Source: Methanocaldococcus sp. 28A
GTDB taxonomy: Archaea; AGJL01; Methanococci; Methanococcales; Methanocaldococcaceae
NCBI GenBank assembly: GCA_049852185.1
Contig: CP187540.1
DNA: 64,000 nt
Direction: 5' to 3' (one strand)
Of the stretch, positions 1 to 10,958 are shown one piece after another. Within the stretch, counting starts at the first letter, position 1. Each line of letters opens with the position of its first letter. Position numbers and translations under genes: made by a program. Below the pieces are notes generated by a model. The model saw nothing but the letters and a program-made list of their open reading frames with translations, ran no database searches and had not been told where the DNA came from.

Positions 1-1
1 A

Positions 2-1879
2 GAAGATAAAGAGTTAGAAAAAATACAAATTGCATTTAAAAATCCAAAAGGTTGTGAAAAGTTAATTGAAGATATATCATCATCAGACATAAATAAATTA
101 GTTAAATTTGAAGGTGTTATAGTAAAAGCTGGAAAGGTTTGTGCTTTATTAAAAAGAGCTTGCTATGTATGTCCAAGATGTGGAAATATAAAGTATAAGA
201 CCATACACAACTACTTTGAACTTCCTAAAGTTATTTGTAATAATGGAGATTGCAAAGAAGAGATGGTTATTGATTACGAAGAATCTACCTACATAAATAT
301 TCAAGAATTAGAGATTCAGCAACCAATTGACTTAATGAAAAACCCAGATGACCCGCCAAGAAGTATAAAGGTGTTTTTAGAGAACAGCCCTGGGATTTAT
401 TCCGGAAGAGTGGATGTTGTTGGAACAGTTTTAAAGAAAAAAACGAGACCTAAACTACCTGTGTTTGAAATCTTTGTTAAAAGTAATTATGTTAAGATAT
501 CTGAAAGCTATCAAAAAATTGAAGTTAGAGATATTTTAGGGAATGATGAACTTATAGATACTCTAAATGAATTAGGTAGAAAGAAGAATATTATTGACAT
601 CTTATCAAACTTTATGATTTCTCAGATAAAGGGCTATGAATTAGTAAAGAAAGCAATATTTTTACAGCAAATTAAAGGAGCTTTTAAATTCTTACCAGAT
701 GGAACACCTTTAAGGAGAGACAGTCATATTTTATTAATTACAGACCCTGGAATTGGAAAAACCACTATGCTTAGAAGAATAGCAAGATTATTTCCTCAAA
801 ATGCTTATGCATCAGTAACTACTGCTACTGGAGGAGGATTAACTGCTAACGTTATTAGGGAGGCTACAGAAATTGGAGATGGATGGGTTGTTAAGCCTGG
901 AGTGTTTGTTAGAGCTAATGAAGGAACCGCTTGTATAGATGAGCTAACTGTAGATAAAAATGTAATGAAATACATCTTAGAAGCTATGGAAAGTCAAACA
1001 ATACATGTTAATAAGGGAGGAATTAATGTAAAGCTTCCTGCAAGGTGTGCAGTTTTAGCGGCATGTAATCCAAAAAGGGGGAGGTTTGATAGAAATTTAA
1101 CCGTTATAGAACAGATAGATATTCCAGCTCCATTATTAAGTAGATTTGATTTAATCTTTCCATTAATGGATAAACCAAATAGAAAAGAAGATGATGAGAT
1201 AGCTGAGCATATATTAAATACTCATATAGAGACTGCAACAAAAGATTACAAAATCTTAGGGGCTATTGATATTGATGGAATTACTGTGGATGAGAAGCTT
1301 TTAAAATACTATATCATTTACGCAAGGAGTTGTGCATATATAGAAGAAAATCAAGACCTATATTTAGGAGAATTTGATGAAACAAAGCTAATTATGCCAT
1401 ATTTAACTGAAAAGGCAAAGAAAATGATTAAAAAGTATTACTTAGAGATGAGAAAGTTAGGAGAGGGAGATAACCCAATACCTATAACTGCAAGACAGTT
1501 AGAGGCAATTATAAGAATTGCTGAGATGCATGCAAAGGCAAGACTATCAGATAAGGTTGAAGATGTTGATGCTGAAGTTGCTATAAATATTATTGATGAT
1601 TGTTTAAAGCAAGTAGCCTATGACCCAGAAACAGGAACTTTAGATTTAGATAAGATAGCTGGAACTCCAAAATCAAGAAGAGATAAAATGGATGCTATCT
1701 TAAATATTATTAGGGAGATAGTTAGCTTAAGGGATGATGGCTTAGCACCAGAAGAAGAGATATATGAGAAAGCTGAAAGTATTGGTTTATCTGAAAAAGA
1801 TGTTGAAAATGCTTTAGAATATCTAAAAAAGGCAGGGGATATATACAACCCAAGAATTGGATTTTGGGGGTTGTTATAA
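2..1879 (+). CDS. mcm: MCM replicative helicase family protein (5' partial; frame open from window start)
   Basis: Frame open from base 2 through Zn finger CPRC...CNNGDC; Walker A DPGIGKT, Walker B CIDE, arginine finger LLSRFD, ITARQLE, C-terminal winged helix. Confidence 0.95.
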   Translation, partial: EDKELEKIQIAFKNPKGCEKLIEDISSSDINKLVKFEGVIVKAGKVCALLKRACYVCPRCGNIKYKTIHNYFELPKVICNNGDCKEEMVIDYEESTYINIQELEIQQPIDLMKNPDDPPRSIKVFLENSPGIYSGRVDVVGTVLKKKTRPKLPVFEIFVKSNYVKISESYQKIEVRDILGNDELIDTLNELGRKKNIIDILSNFMISQIKGYELVKKAIFLQQIKGAFKFLPDGTPLRRDSHILLITDPGIGKTTMLRRIARLFPQNAYASVTTATGGGLTANVIREATEIGDGWVVKPGVFVRANEGTACIDELTVDKNVMKYILEAMESQTIHVNKGGINVKLPARCAVLAACNPKRGRFDRNLTVIEQIDIPAPLLSRFDLIFPLMDKPNRKEDDEIAEHILNTHIETATKDYKILGAIDIDGITVDEKLLKYYIIYARSCAYIEENQDLYLGEFDETKLIMPYLTEKAKKMIKKYYLEMRKLGEGDNPIPITARQLEAIIRIAEMHAKARLSDKVEDVDAEVAINIIDDCLKQVAYDPETGTLDLDKIAGTPKSRRDKMDAILNIIREIVSLRDDGLAPEEEIYEKAESIGLSEKDVENALEYLKKAGDIYNPRIGFWGLL

Positions 1880-1887
1880 TATGAGTA

Positions 1888-1945
1888 TAGAGGGAAACCC
1901 TCTAAGAAGAACCTTTTACTAAAAGGTTCTTCTAAAAGTTTCAAA
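1888..1945. repeat. Palindromic elements: TAGAGGG-AAA-CCCTCTA hairpin plus family C element (AGAAGAACCTTTT-ACT-AAAAGGTTCTTCT)
   Basis: Perfect inverted repeats; the 3' end TTCTAAAAGTTTCAAA is the reverse complement of TTTGAAACTTTTAGAA at 38024. Confidence 0.6.
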
Positions 1946-1954
1946 ATGAAAATA

Positions 1955-2030
1955 ATGAAATTTTTTAATAGAGAGAAAGAAATCCATAAGATTTTGTCAA
2001 TTATAATAGAAAGTGAGCCAAATTTAATAG
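1955..2030 (+). pseudogene. N-terminal fragment of archaeal (Methanocaldococcus-expanded) ATPase
   Basis: MKFFNREKEIHKILSIIIESEPNLI, the family's typical start, cut before Walker A by a family A repeat. Confidence 0.75.
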
Positions 2031-2124
2031 GACTTTCGCAAGAAATAAATAATAGCAACGAACTTTGATGCCTTTGGCATCTAAATACCTTAATTTAGTA
2101 TATAAACTGCGAAAGTCCTATTAA
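2024..2124. mobile_element. Family A palindromic MITE/REP-like element, complete
   Basis: 17-bp TIRs TTAATAGGACTTTCGCA / TGCGAAAGTCCTATTAA; central hairpin GATGCC-TTT-GGCATC. Confidence 0.85.
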
Positions 2125-2197
2125 AAAATATAAATGAAAAACTTTATATTCTACAATTTTAACAGTTACTATAACTTTTACACATAAGAGTGATATT

Positions 2198-2536
2198 ATG
2201 ACAAATAGAGTTTTATTTAAATTGTTTATTGAAGAAAAAAATGTGGGAAAAGCAATAAATATTATGACCTTAGCTGGAATTACCGGATTTTTCTTGCATA
2301 AGTATAGAGGATTGTCGCCAGATAAGATAAAAAATTTAGGTAAAGAAGAATTAGAAAATATTGAGAAGGTGTATGAAATTATAGAGAAAGAGTCTGATAA
2401 AGCAGTTGTTGTTGGAACAGTTGTTAGAAAGGAAAAAGCTAAAAAAATAGAAGAGCTATTAAAAGAAAAATTAGATAGTGAAAGATGGACAGTAATGAAG
2501 ATTCCAATATTAAAAGTTAAGGTTCATAGAGTTTAA
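2198..2536 (+). CDS. MJ1244-family small protein (probable PII/GlnB-like fold), paralog 1
   Basis: 112 aa; shares LFxExxNVGKAINxxxxxGITGFFLxxYxGxSP with the next gene. Confidence 0.7.
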   Translation: MTNRVLFKLFIEEKNVGKAINIMTLAGITGFFLHKYRGLSPDKIKNLGKEELENIEKVYEIIEKESDKAVVVGTVVRKEKAKKIEELLKEKLDSERWTVMKIPILKVKVHRV

Positions 2537-2548
2537 AGGTGAGTATGA

Positions 2549-2875
2549 ATGAAAGTTCTTCTATATCTGTTTGTTGAAAGTGAAAATGTTGGAAAGGCAA
2601 TAAACGCCTTATCAGAGGGAGGAATAACAGGATTCTTCCTATATGACTATAAAGGTATGTCTCCTCAAGATTGGCAGGGATTTTTATTAGATGAAGACCC
2701 AGAAATGGCTATAAAAGCAATTAGCGATTTAGCACAAAATGCAATATTGATTGGAACTGTTGTAGATGAACATAAACTTATGGAGATTGAAAAACTAATT
2801 GACGAAAAATTAGCTGATTGCAAATATACAATAATTGAAGTTCCTATTGAGGGGATAATAGTGAATATGCCTTAA
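2549..2875 (+). CDS. MJ1244-family small protein, paralog 2
   Basis: 108 aa; RBS GGTGAG; same motif as the preceding gene. Confidence 0.7.
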   Translation: MKVLLYLFVESENVGKAINALSEGGITGFFLYDYKGMSPQDWQGFLLDEDPEMAIKAISDLAQNAILIGTVVDEHKLMEIEKLIDEKLADCKYTIIEVPIEGIIVNMP

Positions 2876-2890
2876 AAATGAGGAGATTAT

Positions 2891-3265
2891 ATGAGAAGAA
2901 GAGGAAGACCAAAAATACCAAGATTTATTTCTGAAGAACCAAAATTTAGAATATTTAAGCCACAAGGAAGGCCTATTGGAGATTTAGATAAGGTTGTATT
3001 AACTGTAGATGAATTAGAGGCTATTAGATTGGTTGATTATCTTGACTATACTCAAGAAGAAGCCGCTAAATTGATGGGTATTTCAAGAAGGGTTTTATGG
3101 AGTTTATTAACAGAAGGTAGGAAAAAGATTGCTGATGCATTAATAAATGGAAAGGCAATAGTTATTGAAGGAGGAGAATATAAAATTAGAGAATGTGGCT
3201 TCTGTATGAGACATAGGTTTGGCATAAAAAAGCACTGTAGAACTTTAGATGGTGAGGAACTATGA
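2891..3265 (+). CDS. DUF134 family HTH protein
   Basis: RGRPK..R start, [42 protein letters not shown]. Confidence 0.9.
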   Translation: MRRRGRPKIPRFISEEPKFRIFKPQGRPIGDLDKVVLTVDELEAIRLVDYLDYTQEEAAKLMGISRRVLWSLLTEGRKKIADALINGKAIVIEGGEYKIRECGFCMRHRFGIKKHCRTLDGEEL

Positions 3266-4866
3266 TACTATTGGAAGTTAAAAACGTTACAAAAAAATTT
3301 GGAGATAAGGTAGTTTTGAAGAATATATCATTTACATTAGAAGAAGGCGAATCATTAGGTATTTTGGGTAAAAGTGGAGCAGGGAAATCAGTTCTATTAC
3401 ATATGTTAAGAGGAATGGATGGTTATGAGCCTACTGAGGGGCAAATAATTTATCATGTTTCCTATTGTGAAAAGTGTGGTTATGTAGATGTTCCTTCAAA
3501 GGCAGGAACGCCTTGTAAAAAGTGTGGAAAAGAGCTTAAAAAAATAGAAGTTGATTTTTGGAATGACAAAAAATACACTTATAATTTAAAAAGAAAAATT
3601 GCCATAATGCTTCAAAGAACCTTCGCTCTATATGGAGAGAAAACAGTCCTCGAAAACATCTTAGAGGCATTACATCAAACAGGATATGAAGGAAAAGAAG
3701 CTATTGATAAGGCATTAGAGCTAATTAAGATGGTCAAGTTAGAGCATAGAATAACACATATAGCAAGAGATTTAAGTGGAGGAGAAAAGCAGAGAGTAGT
3801 TTTAGCAAGACAAATAGCTAAAGAGCCATTTATATTCTTAGCTGATGAACCTACTGGAACCTTAGACCCTCAAACTGCTAAATTAGTGCATTCAGCATTG
3901 AAAAAACTTGTTATTAAAAATAATATAAGCTTAATCTTAACTTCTCACTGGCCAGAGGTTATTGCTGAATTAACAGAAAAAGCTATTTGGTTAGAGAAAG
4001 GAGAAATTATAATGGAAGGTTCTTCAGAAGAAATCGTTAATAAATTTATGGAAACCGTTAAAGAGTTTAAAAAACCTGAGGTAGAAGTAGAAATTAAAGA
4101 AGATATAATAAGATTAGAAAATATCTCAAAACATTACTGTTCTGTGGAAAGAGGTATTATTAAAGCAGTTGATGGAGTTACTTTAAATATAAGAGAGAAA
4201 GAAATCTTTGGTTTAGTTGGGGTAAGTGGTGCTGGAAAAACCACTTTAGCAAAAATAATAGCAGGAGTTCTTACTCCATCTAAAGGGAAGTATTGGTTTA
4301 GAGTAGGAGATGAATGGGTTGATATGACACAACCAGGATTAAATGGAAGGGGTAGAGCTAAGAGATATATAGGAATATTATTCCAAGAATATGCTCTCTA
4401 TCCACATAGAACCATATTGCAAAACTTAACAGAGGCAATAGGTTTAGAACTTCCAGATGAATTTGCAAGGATGAAGGCAGTTTATACTCTAACCTCAGTA
4501 GGTTTTAGTGAAGAAGAAGCAGAGGAGATTTTAGATAAATATCCTCATGAATTGAGTGTTGGGGAAAGGCATAGATGTGCTTTGGCACAAGTTTTAATAA
4601 AAGAGCCAAGAGTCGTTATCTTAGATGAGCCAACTGGTACAATGGACCCAATAACAAGAAATACAGTTGCTGAGTCTATACACAAATCAAGAGTAGAGTT
4701 AGAACAGACATATATTATAGTTTCACACGATATGGATTTTGTATTAAATGTTTGTGATAGAGCAGGTTTAATGAGAAATGGTAAATTAATTAAAGTTGGT
4801 AAGCCAGAGGAGATTGTTGCTTTATTAACTGAGGAGGAGAAACAAGAAATGTTTGTACAAAAATAA
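3262..4866 (+). CDS. atwA: Methyl-coenzyme M reductase system component A2 (dual ABC ATPase)
   Basis: Two ABC domains ([16 protein letters not shown]), CxxC...CxxC insert, no membrane domain. Confidence 0.93.
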   Translation: MILLEVKNVTKKFGDKVVLKNISFTLEEGESLGILGKSGAGKSVLLHMLRGMDGYEPTEGQIIYHVSYCEKCGYVDVPSKAGTPCKKCGKELKKIEVDFWNDKKYTYNLKRKIAIMLQRTFALYGEKTVLENILEALHQTGYEGKEAIDKALELIKMVKLEHRITHIARDLSGGEKQRVVLARQIAKEPFIFLADEPTGTLDPQTAKLVHSALKKLVIKNNISLILTSHWPEVIAELTEKAIWLEKGEIIMEGSSEEIVNKFMETVKEFKKPEVEVEIKEDIIRLENISKHYCSVERGIIKAVDGVTLNIREKEIFGLVGVSGAGKTTLAKIIAGVLTPSKGKYWFRVGDEWVDMTQPGLNGRGRAKRYIGILFQEYALYPHRTILQNLTEAIGLELPDEFARMKAVYTLTSVGFSEEEAEEILDKYPHELSVGERHRCALAQVLIKEPRVVILDEPTGTMDPITRNTVAESIHKSRVELEQTYIIVSHDMDFVLNVCDRAGLMRNGKLIKVGKPEEIVALLTEEEKQEMFVQK

Positions 4867-4871
4867 TTTAT

Positions 4872-5546
4872 CTATACTGCATCTATAAACTTTAATATCT
4901 CATTTTTATTAGGAATAATAGGATAGCCAACAACTATATCATTATTATCTTTAATTTTCTTTAAAACTTCTTTATTTTCTAAAGATAATATAAACTCCTT
5001 CCAATTTCCTTTATAATTTTTCCTTCTATTTAAATAACCTTCCATAGATTTTAATACATTTTCATCAATTTTTGAAGTAAATGGAATGTATATGGCTCTC
5101 TTTGAGTTTATATTACATGTTTGTCCATATATATAATAAGCGATAAGATTGTTTTCTTCAATAATATTTTTAACAATACTCTCAACACCTTCTGTTCCCA
5201 CCCAAATATTGTTATTGTATTTCATAGCCACTCTAATAACATCTAAAATTCTATTATTATTAAATTTTCTCTCTTTCTCAGATAAGTAAAATTTATTTCC
5301 TAAGACGATACATAAATCAAAATTGTAGGATGAATAAAGCTTTAACAATTGAAATACATTTTCTTTCTTTGCTTGAACTGTCAAAACAATATTTGATATA
5401 TTTTCTAATCTTTCTAAAATATCTTTATCAGTTATTGGATTATTCTCAGCGTCTATAATGTAATAATCAAAATATTTTCTAACAAACTTCCCAAACTCTA
5501 CGATATCTTCATATATTTTACTTGGCTTTATAGAAATTGCTATCAT
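4872..5546 (-). CDS. Hypothetical protein
   Basis: 224-aa ORF with GGTGA RBS; no motif recognised. Confidence 0.7.
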   Translation of the reverse strand: MIAISIKPSKIYEDIVEFGKFVRKYFDYYIIDAENNPITDKDILERLENISNIVLTVQAKKENVFQLLKLYSSYNFDLCIVLGNKFYLSEKERKFNNNRILDVIRVAMKYNNNIWVGTEGVESIVKNIIEENNLIAYYIYGQTCNINSKRAIYIPFTSKIDENVLKSMEGYLNRRKNYKGNWKEFILSLENKEVLKKIKDNNDIVVGYPIIPNKNEILKFIDAV

Positions 5547-5565
5547 AAAGTCACCACAAAAAACT

Positions 5566-5590
5566 TTAATAGGACTTTCGCAGGAATAAA
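5566..5590. repeat. Solo family A terminal repeat
   Basis: TTAATAGGACTTTCGCAGGAATAAA between divergent genes. Confidence 0.7.
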
Positions 5591-5620
5591 TTAAATATAT
5601 TTAATGATGAAGGTGATATC

Positions 5621-6988
5621 TTGGAATTTTCAGAATGGTATTCAGATATATTAGAAAAAGCTGAAATTTATGATGTTAGATACCCAATAAAGGGTTGTGG
5701 TGTTTATCTACCTTATGGATTTAAAATTAGAAGATATACATTTGAAATAATAAGAGATTTGTTGGATGAAAGTGGGCATGATGAAGCCTTATTCCCAATG
5801 TTAATTCCAGAAGATTTATTAGCTAAAGAAGGAGAGCATATAAAAGGGTTTGAGAATGAGGTTTATTGGGTAACTCATGGAGGAAAAACTCCTTTAGATG
5901 TTAAATTAGCTTTAAGACCTACTTCAGAAACTCCTATTTATTATATGATGAAGCTTTGGGTTAAGGTTCATACAGATTTGCCAATAAAAATATATCAGAT
6001 AGTTAATACCTTTAGATATGAAACAAAGCACACAAGACCTTTAATTAGATTAAGAGAGATAATGACATTTAAAGAGGCTCATACAGCTCATTCAACAAAA
6101 GAAAAAGCGGAAGAGCAGGTTAAAGAAGCAATATCTATCTACAAAAAATTCTTTGATACTTTAGGAATTCCCTACTTAATTTCAAAGAGACCTGAATGGG
6201 ATAAGTTCCCAGGAGCAGAATATACAATGGCATTTGATACAATATTTCCTGATGGTAGAGCAATGCAGATAGCAACAGTTCATAATTTAGGGCAAAACTT
6301 CTCAAAAACTTTTGAAATTATATTTGAAACTCCTACTGGAGATAAAGATTATGCTTATCAAACATGTTATGGAATTTCAGATAGGGTTATAGCTTCAATT
6401 ATAGCAATACATGGAGATGAGAAAGGATTAATTCTACCACCAATAGTAGCTCCAATTCAAATAGTTATTGTTCCATTAATTTTCAAAGGAAAGGAAGATA
6501 TTGTTATGGATAAAGCAGAAGAAATTTATAAAAAATTAAAAGGTAAATTTAGAGTCCATATTGACGATAGAGATATAAGACCAGGAAGGAAGTTTAATGA
6601 TTGGGAGATAAAAGGTGTACCATTGAGAATTGAAATAGGGCCAAAAGATATTGAAAATAAAAAAATAACCATATTTAGAAGAGACACTATGGAAAAGTTC
6701 CAAGTTGATGAAACACAGTTGGAAGAGGTTATAGAAAAAACTTTAAATAATATTATGGAAAACATTAAGAATAGGGCATGGGAAAAATTCAAAAACTTTA
6801 TAACTATCCTTGAAGATATAAATCCTGAGGAAATCAAAAAAATATTATCTGAAAAGAGAGGGGTAATTTTAATTCCATTTAAGGAGGAAATATATAACGA
6901 AGAACTTGAAGAAAAGGTAGAAGCAACTATTTTAGGGGAGACAGAATATAAAGGTAATAAATATATAGCAATAGCTAAAACTTACTAA
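5621..6988 (+). CDS. proS: Prolyl-tRNA synthetase (archaeal/eukaryotic type)
   Basis: [25 protein letters not shown], motif 3 YGISDR, anticodon-binding domain; TTG start after GGTGA. Confidence 0.97.
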   Translation: MEFSEWYSDILEKAEIYDVRYPIKGCGVYLPYGFKIRRYTFEIIRDLLDESGHDEALFPMLIPEDLLAKEGEHIKGFENEVYWVTHGGKTPLDVKLALRPTSETPIYYMMKLWVKVHTDLPIKIYQIVNTFRYETKHTRPLIRLREIMTFKEAHTAHSTKEKAEEQVKEAISIYKKFFDTLGIPYLISKRPEWDKFPGAEYTMAFDTIFPDGRAMQIATVHNLGQNFSKTFEIIFETPTGDKDYAYQTCYGISDRVIASIIAIHGDEKGLILPPIVAPIQIVIVPLIFKGKEDIVMDKAEEIYKKLKGKFRVHIDDRDIRPGRKFNDWEIKGVPLRIEIGPKDIENKKITIFRRDTMEKFQVDETQLEEVIEKTLNNIMENIKNRAWEKFKNFITILEDINPEEIKKILSEKRGVILIPFKEEIYNEELEEKVEATILGETEYKGNKYIAIAKTY

Positions 6989-7113
6989 TAATTTATTATA
7001 TCTCTATCTTTTTATTAATTTTCTCTTATTTTTATTATGGAAATGCCATATTTGTTATATTTAATTAAGAGAATAAACCACTAATCATTTATGCTTTTAT
7101 AAAAGGTGAAAAA

Positions 7114-7788
7114 ATGGATGCTATGAAAGGAACAACTACCGTTGGTTTAATTTGTAACGATGCAGTAATTTTAGCAACTGATAAAAGAGCATCAATGGGT
7201 AATTTAATAGCTGATAAAAATGCGAAAAAATTGTATAAAATTGACGATTACATAGCATTAACAATAGCAGGAAGTGTTGGAGATGCACAAGCAATAGTTA
7301 GATTATTAACCGCTGAAGCAAAGCTATATAAAATGAGAACCGGAAAAAATATTTCTCCATTGGCATGTGCCACTCTATTAAGTAATATTCTACACTCAAA
7401 TAGGTATTTTCCTTTTTTAACTCAGCTAATTATTGGAGGATATGATTTATTAGAAGGAGCTAAATTATTTTCATTAGACCCATTAGGAGGAATGAATGAA
7501 GAAAAAACCTTTACAGCTACTGGTTCAGGTTCCTCAATAGCCTATGGGGTTTTAGAAGCTAAATACGATAGAGATATGTCTGTTGAGGAAGGAATAAACT
7601 TAGCTATAAAAGCATTAAAATCAGCAATGGAAAGAGATACATTTTCAGGAAATGGCATATCATTAGCTGTTGTAACAAAAGAAGGAGTTAAGATATTTGA
7701 AGAGGAGGATATTGAAAAAATTTTAGATAGTATGAAATCAAAATCTAAGAAAAAAACTACAAAAAGAAGTAGAAGAAAAAGTAAATAA
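7114..7788 (+). CDS. psmB: Proteasome beta subunit
   Basis: Propeptide MDAMKG followed by TTTVG; ATGSGS; SAMERD. Confidence 0.97.
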   Translation: MDAMKGTTTVGLICNDAVILATDKRASMGNLIADKNAKKLYKIDDYIALTIAGSVGDAQAIVRLLTAEAKLYKMRTGKNISPLACATLLSNILHSNRYFPFLTQLIIGGYDLLEGAKLFSLDPLGGMNEEKTFTATGSGSSIAYGVLEAKYDRDMSVEEGINLAIKALKSAMERDTFSGNGISLAVVTKEGVKIFEEEDIEKILDSMKSKSKKKTTKRSRRKSK

Positions 7789-7945
7789 ATCAAATTAAAA
7801 TTGATAAAATTTTAAAAAAATAAATGAAAATATATAACAACTAATACTCTATATTTAGTTTAATTATAGGATATAGAGCTATATTAAATTTCTATTTTTA
7901 TTTTACTTATTTTTTAAATTTTTTTCATTGGGCTATAAAGGCTAC

Positions 7946-8029
7946 TATAGGCCTTTCGCAGTTTATATTAAATTTAAGGCTTTAGGTATCTATATTCAAT
8001 AAAAAATTTATCCCTACGAAATTTCTATA
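7946..8029. mobile_element. Family A element, degenerate
   Basis: TATAGGCCTTTCGCAG ... CTACGAAATTTCTATA. Confidence 0.65.
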
Positions 8030-8030
8030 C

Positions 8031-8144
8031 TATAGTTGTGTGTAAAATGAAATAAACTTTTATAAGGACAATTTGAATGCCTTCCAAAAGAAAGGCATTC
8101 TTTAATTCCTTATTTTAATTAAAAAACTTTTGCACACAACTATA
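8031..8144. mobile_element. Family B palindromic MITE/REP-like element
   Basis: TIRs TATAGTTGTGTGTAAAA / TTTTGCACACAACTATA; central GAATGCCTT..AAGGCATTC hairpin. Confidence 0.85.
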
Positions 8145-8205
8145 AAATTTTCAATTTAAAAACAAAAACACAGTAAATTTTTAAAAGCTTAGGAGGAGGA
8201 TTATT

Positions 8206-10110
8206 TTGTCAGCAGAGGAAATTTTAGAAAATATAAAAAAAGAAATTATAAAAAAATCACCAAAAGAGGCAAAAATAGTTGATGTTCAGTTTGAAGGGCC
8301 TGAAGTTGTAGTTTATGTAAAAAACCCAGAAGTTTTTACAAATGAGATTATTAAAAACCTTGCTAAGGATTTGAGAAAAAGAATTTCAATAAGACCTGAC
8401 CCCTCTGTTTTAGTTGAGCCAGAATTTGCTAAAAAGAAAATTTTAGAAATTGTTCCTGAAGAGGCAGAGATTACCAACTTTGTTTTTGATGCAAACACTG
8501 GAGAGGTTATAATAGAATCAAAGAAACCTGGATTAGTTATAGGTAAAGAAGGAAAGACATTAGAGCTAATAAAAAAAGCAATAAGGTGGGCTCCTAAGCC
8601 AGTAAGGGCTCCACCAATACAATCAGAGACAATTAAAGCAATTAGAGCTACACTTTATAGAGAAAGACATGAAGTTAAAGAAATTTTAAGAAGAATTGGT
8701 AGGAGAATACATAGGGATGTTATTGTTAAAGGAGATTATTGGATAAGAGTATCTTTCTTAGGAGGAGCGAGAGAGGTTGGAAGGTCTTGCTTATATGTCC
8801 AAACTCCAGATACAAGGGTTTTAATTGATTGTGGAATTAATGTAGCGTGTGAAGATAAGGCATTTCCTCACTTTGAAGCTCCAGAGTTTTCAATTGAGGA
8901 TTTAGATGCAGTTATAGTTACTCATGCCCATTTAGACCACTGCGGTTTTGTTCCTGGTTTATTTAGATATGGTTATGACGGCCCTGTTTATTGCACAAGA
9001 CCTACAAGGGATTTAATGACTTTATTACAAAAAGATTATTTAGAAATTGCTAAAAAAGAGGGTAAAGAAGTTCCTTATACATCAAAAGATATAAAAACTT
9101 GCGTTAAGCATACAATACCAATTGATTATGGAGTTACAACAGATATAAGCCCAACAATAAAATTAACTCTACACAATGCAGGGCATGTTTTAGGTTCTGC
9201 TATTGCCCATTTACACATAGGGGAGGGGTTGTATAATTTAGCATACACTGGAGATATTAAGTTTGAGACATCAAGGTTGTTAGAGCCAGCAGTTTGTCAA
9301 TTCCCAAGATTAGAAACATTGATAATTGAATCTACTTATGGGGCTTATGATGATGTTCTGCCAGAGAGGGAAGAGGCAGAAAGAGAGCTTTTAAGAGTTG
9401 TTAGTGAAACAACAGATAGAGGAGGAAAAGTTTTAATTCCAGTATTTGGTGTTGGTAGAGCTCAGGAATTGATGCTTGTTTTAGAAGAAGGGTATAATCA
9501 AGGCATATTCAATGCCCCAGTCTATTTAGATGGGATGATTTGGGAAGCTACTGCTATACACACTGCATATCCAGAGTATTTATCAAAAGAAATGAGGCAG
9601 AAGATATTCCATGAAGGAGATAATCCATTCTTATCTGAAGTGTTTAAAAGAGTAGGGAGTACTAATGAAAGAAGGAGAGTTATTGATAGCGATGAGCCAT
9701 GTATAATTTTAGCGACATCTGGAATGCTTACTGGAGGACCGAGTGTTGAATATCTAAAACACTTAGCCCCTGATGAGAAAAATGCAATAATATTTGTTGG
9801 TTATCAGGCAGAGGGGACTTTAGGAAGAAAAGTTCAAAGAGGTTGGAAAGAAATTCCAATAACAACAAGAAATGGAAAGACAAAATCAATTCCAATCAAT
9901 TTAAAAGTTTATACAATTGAAGGATTTTCAGGACATTGTGATAGAAAGCAGTTAATTAAATATATTAGAAGATTGAAGCCATCACCAGAAAAGGTTATTA
10001 TGGTTCATGGAGAGGAAAGTAAGTGCTTAGATTTCGCTGATACTGTAAGAAGATTGTTTAAAAAACAAACCTATGTGCCAATGAACTTAGATGCAATAAG
10101 AGTTAAATAA
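8206..10110 (+). CDS. fttA: Beta-CASP ribonuclease aCPSF1 / transcription termination factor FttA
   Basis: N-terminal KH domains (GLVIGKEG), MBL motif THAHLDH, AGHVLGS, FSGHCD. Confidence 0.95.
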   Translation: MSAEEILENIKKEIIKKSPKEAKIVDVQFEGPEVVVYVKNPEVFTNEIIKNLAKDLRKRISIRPDPSVLVEPEFAKKKILEIVPEEAEITNFVFDANTGEVIIESKKPGLVIGKEGKTLELIKKAIRWAPKPVRAPPIQSETIKAIRATLYRERHEVKEILRRIGRRIHRDVIVKGDYWIRVSFLGGAREVGRSCLYVQTPDTRVLIDCGINVACEDKAFPHFEAPEFSIEDLDAVIVTHAHLDHCGFVPGLFRYGYDGPVYCTRPTRDLMTLLQKDYLEIAKKEGKEVPYTSKDIKTCVKHTIPIDYGVTTDISPTIKLTLHNAGHVLGSAIAHLHIGEGLYNLAYTGDIKFETSRLLEPAVCQFPRLETLIIESTYGAYDDVLPEREEAERELLRVVSETTDRGGKVLIPVFGVGRAQELMLVLEEGYNQGIFNAPVYLDGMIWEATAIHTAYPEYLSKEMRQKIFHEGDNPFLSEVFKRVGSTNERRRVIDSDEPCIILATSGMLTGGPSVEYLKHLAPDEKNAIIFVGYQAEGTLGRKVQRGWKEIPITTRNGKTKSIPINLKVYTIEGFSGHCDRKQLIKYIRRLKPSPEKVIMVHGEESKCLDFADTVRRLFKKQTYVPMNLDAIRVK

Positions 10111-10227
10111 ATAATATTGGTAAAGTTTAAATAGAATAATCAGCTATTATTACTCGATTAATATTTTTATCTAATGTATAATAAAAAGAGAGTAAAACAC
10201 AAATCATGGATTTTAAGGTGATAAATT

Positions 10228-10413
10228 ATGTCAAAAGGTACTCCATCAATGGGTAAAAGAAACAAAGGTTCATATCATATAAGATGTAGAAGATGTGGAA
10301 GAAGAGCATACCACGTAAGAAAAAAGAGATGTGCTGCATGTGGATTTCCAAATAAAAGAATGAGAAAATACTCATGGCAAAACAAAAAAGTTAATGGTAG
10401 AAGAATAAGATAA
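10228..10413 (+). CDS. rpl37e: 50S ribosomal protein L37e
   Basis: [17 protein letters not shown]...CAACGF. Confidence 0.97.
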   Translation: MSKGTPSMGKRNKGSYHIRCRRCGRRAYHVRKKRCAACGFPNKRMRKYSWQNKKVNGRRIR

Positions 10414-10504
10414 ATTATGATTATTTTCTTTTTTATTCTACACTGATAGTTTTTTATATAGAGTTAATATATAATTTTTTTAATAATTTTATTTTGGTGA
10501 TAAA

Positions 10505-10936
10505 ATGAGTGACCTTGAGAGTATTGATTATTATGATTACAAAGCATTATTAAAGAGAGCAAGAAGCCAAATTCCTGACTATGTTTTCCAAAAAGATAGA
10601 TTTGAGTTACCAGAAATTGAGATTTTAATTGAAGGAAATAGAACAATAATAAGAAACTTTAGAGAATTAGCTAAAGCAGTTAATAGAGATGAGGAATTCT
10701 TTGCTAAATATCTTTTAAAAGAGACTGGTAGTGCTGGTAACTTAGAGGGAGGTAGATTGATATTACAAAGAAGAATCAGCCCTGAATTGTTAAAGTCAAG
10801 AATTAATGATTTCTTAAGAGAGTATGTTATCTGCAAAGAGTGTGGTAAGCCAGATACGAAGATTATTAAAGAGGGAAGAGTCCATTTACTCAAATGTATG
10901 GCTTGTGGTGCTATAAGACCTATAAGAATGATTTAA
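10505..10936 (+). CDS. eif2b: Translation initiation factor aIF-2 beta
   Basis: RFELP, GNRTIIRNF, CKECGKPDT...CMACGA. Confidence 0.95.
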   Translation: MSDLESIDYYDYKALLKRARSQIPDYVFQKDRFELPEIEILIEGNRTIIRNFRELAKAVNRDEEFFAKYLLKETGSAGNLEGGRLILQRRISPELLKSRINDFLREYVICKECGKPDTKIIKEGRVHLLKCMACGAIRPIRMI

Positions 10937-10958
10937 TTAAAAATTCTTAAGGGAAATC

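Noticed and set aside
7735-7788. Highly basic C-terminal tail of proteasome beta
   Set aside because: Present, but as far as I recall typical of Methanocaldococcus PsmB; no evidence of novelty
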